Positions 57,144 through 64,000 of a stretch of DNA of 64,000 nucleotides are shown in pieces. The notes under the pieces are model-generated. The model had not been told where the DNA came from. It worked only from the letters and a program-made list of their open reading frames with translations, and did not search any database. Source of the DNA: Octopus vulgaris (Eukaryota); NCBI GenBank assembly GCA_951406725.2, contig OX597823.1:97898001-97962000 (forward strand), given 5' to 3'. The position numbers and the translations under genes are program-made. Numbering within the stretch: position 1 is the first letter of the stretch; each line of letters opens with the position of its first letter.

Positions 57144-57216
57144 GTAAGCTAGTTTGCACCAAGTAGGAAAAATTTTTTAATTATTCTTTGTATTTTGAAT
57201 ATTCTCTTGAATTGTT

Positions 57217-57335
57217 ACAGAGGCCCTTTGTCACCAGCAGAGGTAAGAGCTCTCTGAACTTTGCCCAGGCTATTCTTATTCTAGCAGCTACACTTTCAGT
57301 GCACCCTCCCCCGCTCCTGACTTAGTCACCTAAAT
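57217..57335 (-). mobile_element. Short RTE RT fragment just downstream of exon 57088-57143
   Basis: gaggccctttgtcaccagcagaggtaagagctctctgaactttgcccaggctatt matches 26300-26409. Confidence 0.8.
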
Positions 57336-57929
57336 GACAGATGCAAATATTTCCAAGTGTAGCTATTGAATTCTGTAATATTGGATAACTGATATAAAGT
57401 TAGCAATTGTGTAAGGTAAGATATTGGTAGAAAAAATTCATTGTGTGTACAATATGTTAAAAGGTAGAATTAATTATTAAGATATTATTTTAAGACTTCT
57501 GTGTAATAAGATTATAATAGAATTAGATATTATTGTTTAATAGTTTATTAGTTAGGTAAAAGTTAAGGGGTGGTTGTTATTACTATTGGTGCTAGTGATT
57601 ATAGGGGTATGTACAAGCAATCTCATGAGAGAGATAATAAATTAATTCTAGTGAGGGAGATAATAATTTAATTAAATAATTAACTAAATAAATAATTAAA
57701 TTTGAAATATACTTGTATTTCCAAGTGAATATATGGAATGCTTTTCTTATTTAAAAGAATATAATAGCAGTTGAAATATGTGACAAACACAGTTCAACTA
57801 ACCTAAATTCTGCTCATACCTAAACACTGCTTTGCACCTATGCTCCGTTAATTAATTTGGTCAGGCAATCTACTAGCGCAAATCAGTGAACATGTTGACT
57901 GAATTATATATAAAGTTATAGATTTATTT

Positions 57930-60260
57930 AGTTTGTTCAGAGTTCCCTCTCCTACCTACATCTCGGTGTTGGCTGCTGTTCATTTGTAAGTTCTAATTGT
58001 GTTATTCTTATGTTTCTTTGCTCTAGCATGATTTGTTATACCTGTTAAAATTTGAGCTGCTGTTCACTGGTAAACTGTAATTTTTGCACTGCGGGGCAGA
58101 AAATTGTAAAATTTTTGTTGTTGAAAACAACTGCTGTTGGACTTTTTGTAATTTGAACTCTTTAATTTTTTACCCTTTGCAAGGTAAAAAATATTTTTGT
58201 CATTAATTTTGGCAAAAATTATTTTTTGGCAAAAATTATTTTTTGGCAAAAATTATTTTTTGTCAAAAATATTTTTTCAATTCCTTTTGAAGAAATTCAT
58301 TTTTCTGTAAAAATTGCATTACGGAATTCAACGTAATGTCTAGGGAGGATTTCCCAAAAATGCCAAAGGTACAAAACAGAGAAGTAGATAATATGAAACA
58401 AGCATTTAGGGAAAACCCAGTTTTTCAGCCATCATAGGTGGGAATATGGTGGAACTAGAGGTGACGATGGCTGAATCGTTTAAGTACAGAAATCTAGTTA
58501 AAAAGAATGGAAATGATACGAAGTTACCCTCTACCCAGGAAATTGTACATAACATAGCATCGAGAATGAGGATTTACAAAACATACAAGCTAAAAGAAAA
58601 AGAATTGTATCATGTAAAAGTGAAATAATTGAAAGGTGTCTGGCACCTATTTGGAATAAAATTGTGTACGTTGGACGTGGTAGAAGAAATGCCATGGTAG
58701 AAGAACAGTTCACTAGTGAAAACACGGTGAAAGAGTTATCAACAAGAACACTAAAAAAATAAGGAAATTATTTTACTACCAACGTATTTGGGTAAAAAAA
58801 ACAGCAAAAGTTACTGTGGAAGAAATGCCAGCAGGATACAACATATTTTGGATAGCAGCAGCCATAACTTATGATAAGGAGGAGAAAATGGAGATTTTAC
58901 AGATGAAGAAGAAAAAGGCCAAGAATTGGAAGGAACAAACCCTTGAGATTGTGGTTCAAGCCACCCCTGAAGTACTTGAAGGGCTGCTCGATAGGGTATT
59001 TATAGGTGAGGGGCTGAGTGTGAGATTTGCAGTAGTGGGGCGTAAAGGGCCACATCCACTCTGAATGCAAGCCTAAAGACAAAAAGAGTGAAGCCCCTCC
59101 CCAAAAAGAACTGCCAAAGACAGGAGGAAAAGAGAAACAGGAACTGAAAAGGCAAAAAAGGACACAGAAAATACAAGAAGAGACACAAGAAAGAGCGTAA
59201 GAAGGAACACAAGGAAGAACACGAGAAAGAACTCAAGAAGAGACACAAGGGGGAGTACAAGAAAGAATACAAAATACAAATCCATACACAGAGGAAGAAA
59301 TGGATTTTACTGTAGTTACATCCCACAAGAGGAAAAAGGCACAAGCCCCAGACGCCCCTCCCCATACAAAGGAAATAAATAAGCAAACTACAGATACACA
59401 CGAAAAACTCCCTACACCATCCCCTTGTTAAAACCCATTACCAAACCCCACCCCAAGATGCAAGAAAAAAATTGTATCTTTTAATGAAAAAAATGATGTT
59501 CTATCAACAGTGATCAGAGCTCATTACAAAGCTCAGGAGTATAAAGCTACAAAGGACATGCCACCTCACATCCGAGTTGCAAGGATGGAGGTGGGGTTAT
59601 TTAATGAACTCAAAGGAAGGTATCCGAATGACTTAAAAGACATAAGCCAAGAGATGGCTGGTAGAACCTTTATGGTCAGTCCAGCGGCTATACCACAAAT
59701 GAAAAAAAGATGGGGAGGAAGCTGAATTCTTGCAGCCCCTCCTCAAACTTAAAATGTAAGTAAGCTTATTTAATTATGGAGATTAAGCTAGGGTGTGTGA
59801 ATGCACGTGGCCTGGGATTGAAATGGAAACAAACTTGTCTCCTGGACAACCTTATGTCACTAGATATAGATATTTGTGTTGTAACTGCATTCAAGCTGAA
59901 TGGGCCACAAGCATTCTCGCCTCTTCTAAATGGCTACAAGAAATTTATTTCTCCTACTTGGCAGGGAGGCGGGGGCGTAGTGGTCTTATTCACGAAAAAC
60001 TTGGACATGCAGGTAAGTACAGTATTTCTGGACCCAGAAGGTAGGCTGGTTGTTTTGGATGTGACACACGTTAGTAAACAGTCCTTCAGGCTGGTAGCTG
60101 TCTACGCACCAAAAGAGCTGGTTTTTACCGGGACCTGGAGAATTTGTTAGTGACATCAAAAATTCTACTTGTACTGAGAAACTTTAACACTATTCTCGAT
60201 GCACAGGTGGATAGTGTTGGCTCGACTGATAGAAGGAGAAACCCTGGCCTTAAAAGGCTA
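57930..60260 (+). mobile_element. Degenerate Tx1/L1-group LINE 5' part: UTR, broken ORF1, start of ORF2 APE endonuclease
   Basis: 59776 onward MEIKLGCVNARGL..DICVV..GGGVVVLF..DPEGRLVVLDV..FRLVAVYAP. Upstream fragmented K/E-rich ORF1 (58340-59725). 17-bp tandem repeat at 58205-58277. Confidence 0.75.
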
Positions 60261-60795
60261 CTAGGAAGCTATTTATGCAGCTGAGGATAGCCCTGCATTT
60301 AAATTGATGTAATGATTGCATTGTTCAATTAAATGGAGCTGCTTGAAATGGTCGTACTGCATCACTTCTTGATATCCTGTTGTTTATTTTGATTTTATTC
60401 ACCTTACTTTGAGCTGTACAGATAGTACCGCACTGACTTGGTACTTCAACTTAAGTACCTAATTCAACTAAATCTCAATTATTTCTATGTGTGTGTGTGT
60501 GTGTGTATGTATATATATATATATGTGAGTTGTAGATGGAAATTTTTAGACTTATTAATGTAACACGACATATGTTCCAACATCCGATATGTTCATTTGT
60601 AAGGACATTTTCATATTATTAAAGATTATTCATATCTATGAATCTTTATTTTGCTTCCGTTACATGTGTATTCTTCCTCAGGCTGTTACATTAATGCTTT
60701 TTTGCTGGCTAACAACAAGAACATAGAAGCTGCTAAGAGCGCGTTCTGAGGCATTTGCCCAAAACAAGTTAAACGGAGATATATATATATATATA

Positions 60796-61035
60796 AGTTG
60801 AAACACTCCTGTCACAAGCTGGGACCTTGAAGACTGCTATAATGCAAGAAAGTATAGCAGTCCCTTAATATTTTATATTCAATATTTCATCTATTCAATA
60901 AGACAATCAATACTTCATTTCATTTTACTATATATATATTATTTATACTATATATTCTATATTCTACATTAATATTATAAAGAATATAAATAAAACATAA
61001 AAAAACAGACAGAGTTGGAATTTCTTTGAATAATA
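60796..61035 (+). mobile_element. Solo pseudo-LTR related to that of the 17.6-21.7 kb PLE
   Basis: Ends agacagagttggaatttctttgaataatata, similar to agacaaggttggaattctttttattaatata. Degenerate hammerhead GGGAC-cTTGAAGA-cTGC..GCAa-GAAA..GTCCC at 60821-60864. (TA)n flanks. Confidence 0.6.
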
Positions 61036-61040
61036 TATAT

Positions 61041-61280
61041 ATCATCATCATCATCATCGTTTAACGTCCGTTTTCCGTGCTAGCATGGGTTGGATGGTTC
61101 GACCAGGGTCTGGGAAGCCAGAAGGCTGCACCAGGCTCCATTCTGATCTGGCAGTGTTTCTACAGCTGGATGCCCTTCCTAACGGCAACCACTCCGTGAG
61201 TGTAGTGGGTGCTTTTTACGTGCCACCGGCACAGATGCCAGGGTCGGCTGGCAGTGGCCACGATCAGTTGGTGCTTTTTC
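61041..61280 (-). mobile_element. RTE 3' UTR-only copy
   Basis: (CAT)n plus consensus. Confidence 0.85.
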
Positions 61281-61282
61281 AA

Positions 61283-61304
<22 letters not shown>

Positions 61305-61315
<11 letters not shown>

Positions 61316-61612
61316 TAGAAAAAAAACACCTTTTATCAATTCAAAATGAACAATTAAATTACACCATCTAGAAAATTACATATAATAGAAATATTAAAAT
61401 TAAAATAACAATAATATACTGATGATTAAGTAAATTGCAAAAAAATACCAATTATATACGTTTTTATTATTTTTTTGCAATTTACTTAATCATTGGTATA
61501 TTATTGTTATTTTAATTTTAATATTTCTATTATATGTAATTTTCTAGATGGTGTAATTTAATTGTTCATTTTGAATTGATAAAAAGTGGGTTTTTTTCTA
61601 ATCTTTATATAT
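61305..61612. repeat. AT-rich long inverted repeat (about 143-bp arms, about 20-bp spacer) between (TA)n runs
   Basis: ttttatcaattcaaaatgaacaattaaattacaccatctagaaaattac...ttgcaaaaaaata is followed by its reverse complement with few mismatches. Confidence 0.85.
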
Positions 61613-62553
61613 ATATATATTGTGTGAAATTTGATTTAGTATTTCTAAATTGATTTTTTCCCTGTAAGTTAGGATTATTATTCCCTCAAATATTTATTAT
61701 ATATTTATATATATATAAAATGTGTGTATGTTTGCATCTCTGTTTGTTTCTCCTCTACTATTTGACTGCCAGTGTTGGTTTGTTTACCTCCTATAAATTT
61801 AGCAGTTCAACAAAAGAGACTGATAGAATAAGTAACAGGTTTTAGAAAAAAGTATTGGAGCTGATTAGTTCATTTGAAACTCTTCAAAGCGATACCCTCT
61901 GCATGGCTGCAGTCCATTGGCTGAAGCAAATGGAAGATAAGCAAAAAAATAGTCACATATCATCATCATCATCATCAATATCCTCCTTTAACATCCATTT
62001 TCCCTGTTGGCATGGGTTCGACATCTCTTAGCTTCTGACACTGTTTCTGTCTTCCAAATTCACTCGCAATGTGTCATGCTGTGTGACAGAACCCAAGACC
62101 ACAGGGTTGCAAAGCAGGTTTCTTAACCACACAGTCACGCCTGTGTCTAAATATTAGAAATCTATTTTTTCTACTATAGACACAAGGCCCGAAATTTTGA
62201 GGAAGGGGTGGGTCGATTCCATCACCCCTGTGCTCATCTGGTACTTATTCCAATCGTCCTGAAAGGATGAAAGGCAAAGTTGACTTTGATCTAATTTGAA
62301 CTCAGAACCTACAAACAAAATGCAAATAAGCATTTTGTCTGGCATACTAATGATTTTGTCAGCTTACTACTTTAAATGAAAATAAAACATACATGTTCTC
62401 AAAGAATTTTATTCAATTTCAATGTGAATAATTCATTTAACTTGTGTGAGCAGCAAAAATTTATTCATATGACTAAACAATAATGAGTTTTTTTTTCTTC
62501 TATTAAGACTATTTAATTTTCAATATAATAGCTCTACTTTTTTTGGTGTACAG

Positions 62554-62644
62554 GTTCTGGGGTTAATTTGCTTTTAATTACACCAGAGAAAGCCATTAAA
62601 CTTGTTGGTAATGATTTCTTCAGACATAACCTCAAAACTGACAG
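62554..62644 (+). CDS. SLC25A22: Coding exon of mitochondrial glutamate carrier; gene continues beyond the window
   Basis: Acceptor ttttggtgtacag| and donor |gtaagt. 91 nt, in frame: [37 protein letters not shown] is characteristic of the glutamate and aspartate/glutamate carriers. Confidence 0.95.
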
Positions 62645-63065
62645 GTAAGTCTGTGAAAGGTATCACTTTTCTCTTTTCTGTGTTAGCACACTCCTTCTCT
62701 CACTCTTTCCTATCTCTGTCTCTCAATTTTTCATTCACACTGTCTCTTTCATCTATCTTTCTCACTCTCACCATTCTCTCTCATGCACCCACTCAGATCA
62801 GAAGTACAATCTGTTAACCAGAACTAAATAACACCATTTGCACTAAAATTATCAAGTCTCCTCCAACATTTCACCACCTGTTTGTTCATTGTCTCACTCA
62901 TTTTTAACAAACATTTTTTGATAATATAAGTGGTGTCTGATTTGATTGACAGGAAAGGCTCAACAACATCTTGTCTATCAATGTAAAATCAAATATCATC
63001 ATACAAAAACCAAATGTGAATTTCTTAGGGAGCTTTCTTGCATTCTTTTAACATTGTAACATTTA

Positions 63066-63591
63066 CAGGGTGACCCCCAAAAAACAGAACCCACAAATCT
63101 TTGAATAAAACTGTTTGAATAAAATGATACAGAGGGATAGATCGAGATGAACAGTGGTTCCAGAAAGACAGGGCCACCCCCACTCCCGCATCAAATGACT
63201 CCCTAATCGGGCTGAGAGAGCGATTTCAGGAGAGACTGATCAGCAGAAAGTGTGACATTGAGTGGCATCGCATTCACTAGATTTGAACCACCCACATTTT
63301 TATCTGTGAGGGTATCTTAGGGATAATGTTTACCAGAACAACCCTCAAGCGATTGGTGAACTGAAGGCACCAATCACAGCAGAAATCAGGGAAATCCCCA
63401 CAAAGAGGAATGTGTTTGAGTAATTTTGCATGGTGTATGCCATTTGGAGCATATTTTGAAAAGAACATGACTTTTATGCAAAGAGAATGATCTAGACAGA
63501 CCGAAGATTAAGTCCAAATTTGCTGGCCCTTTGTAGGATTTAATAAAATTTTTATGAGCTCTGGAGTTTTTTTGGTGGGGGGGGTCACCTG
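63066..63591 (+). mobile_element. Internally deleted Tc1/mariner element with TIRs and TA target duplication
   Basis: TA|CAGGGTGACCCCCAAAAAAC ... GTTTTTTTGGTGGGGGGGGTCACCTG|TA. Internal remnants WFQKDRATP (cf. WFQQDGATPH) and SLDLNHPHFYL*GYLRDNVY (cf. SPDLNPxDFxLWGYLK). Confidence 0.85.
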
Positions 63592-64000
63592 TAGAAGGCT
63601 TTTGTTTTGTTTTGTTTATTTGCAGAGTATGTATCAGTTAAAATAAGCAATGGTATTTCATTATATGAGATAAACTGAGAAACTCAATTATAGCAAGGTT
63701 CAAAAATTAATTCCAAATTTTTCAAGCTATATCTTTAACTCAAAGTTGACACATTTTTTTTTCTTATCTCCTTTATGAAACACGAGAATTCTCTGCCAAA
63801 CTGAAAACTTTATTTGTTTTCGATTAGGAACAATGTAACTGACTAGTCTCTTCAGAATAAGGATTTAAAGTTAACAAAATTGCTAGATTGTAATTTAGAC
63901 ATAGAAGGCTATATAAATGTTTCCTTGTGCATATGTTGGCTCAAGTTCACAAGTGTGAACATGATAACATCTGTTCACAACAACAAAAGCATTGATATTC

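Noticed and set aside
57350-57930. AT-rich block that might be a solo LTR
   Set aside because: I could not identify clear TG..CA ends, a TSD or a second copy.

Overview
AT-rich, repeat-dense animal genomic DNA. The repeat families (RTE LINE with a (GAT)n tail, tRNA-derived SINEs, very long (TA)n tracts) suggest an octopus or other coleoid cephalopod; this is an inference. The only host gene I can support is a + strand mitochondrial glutamate carrier (SLC25A22/SLC25A18-like), with three phase-consistent coding exons at 48511-48645, 57088-57143 and 62554-62644. A possible first coding exon at 7319-7359 begins ATG-TGA-CTG. The rest is mostly mobile DNA: a near-complete Neptune-type Penelope-like element whose two ORFs overlap at a -1 slippery site; about ten hammerhead-ribozyme motifs in small elements inserted in (TA)n tracts; many RTE LINE copies whose RT carries an inserted PHD-type finger; CR1 and Tx1/L1 remnants; Chapaev3-like and Tc1/mariner remnants; non-autonomous Helitrons; SINEs; and kilobase microsatellites. 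The long IY/YI 'ORFs' in the track are microsatellite artefacts. Repeat boundaries are approximate and family names come from motif recognition, not database searches.
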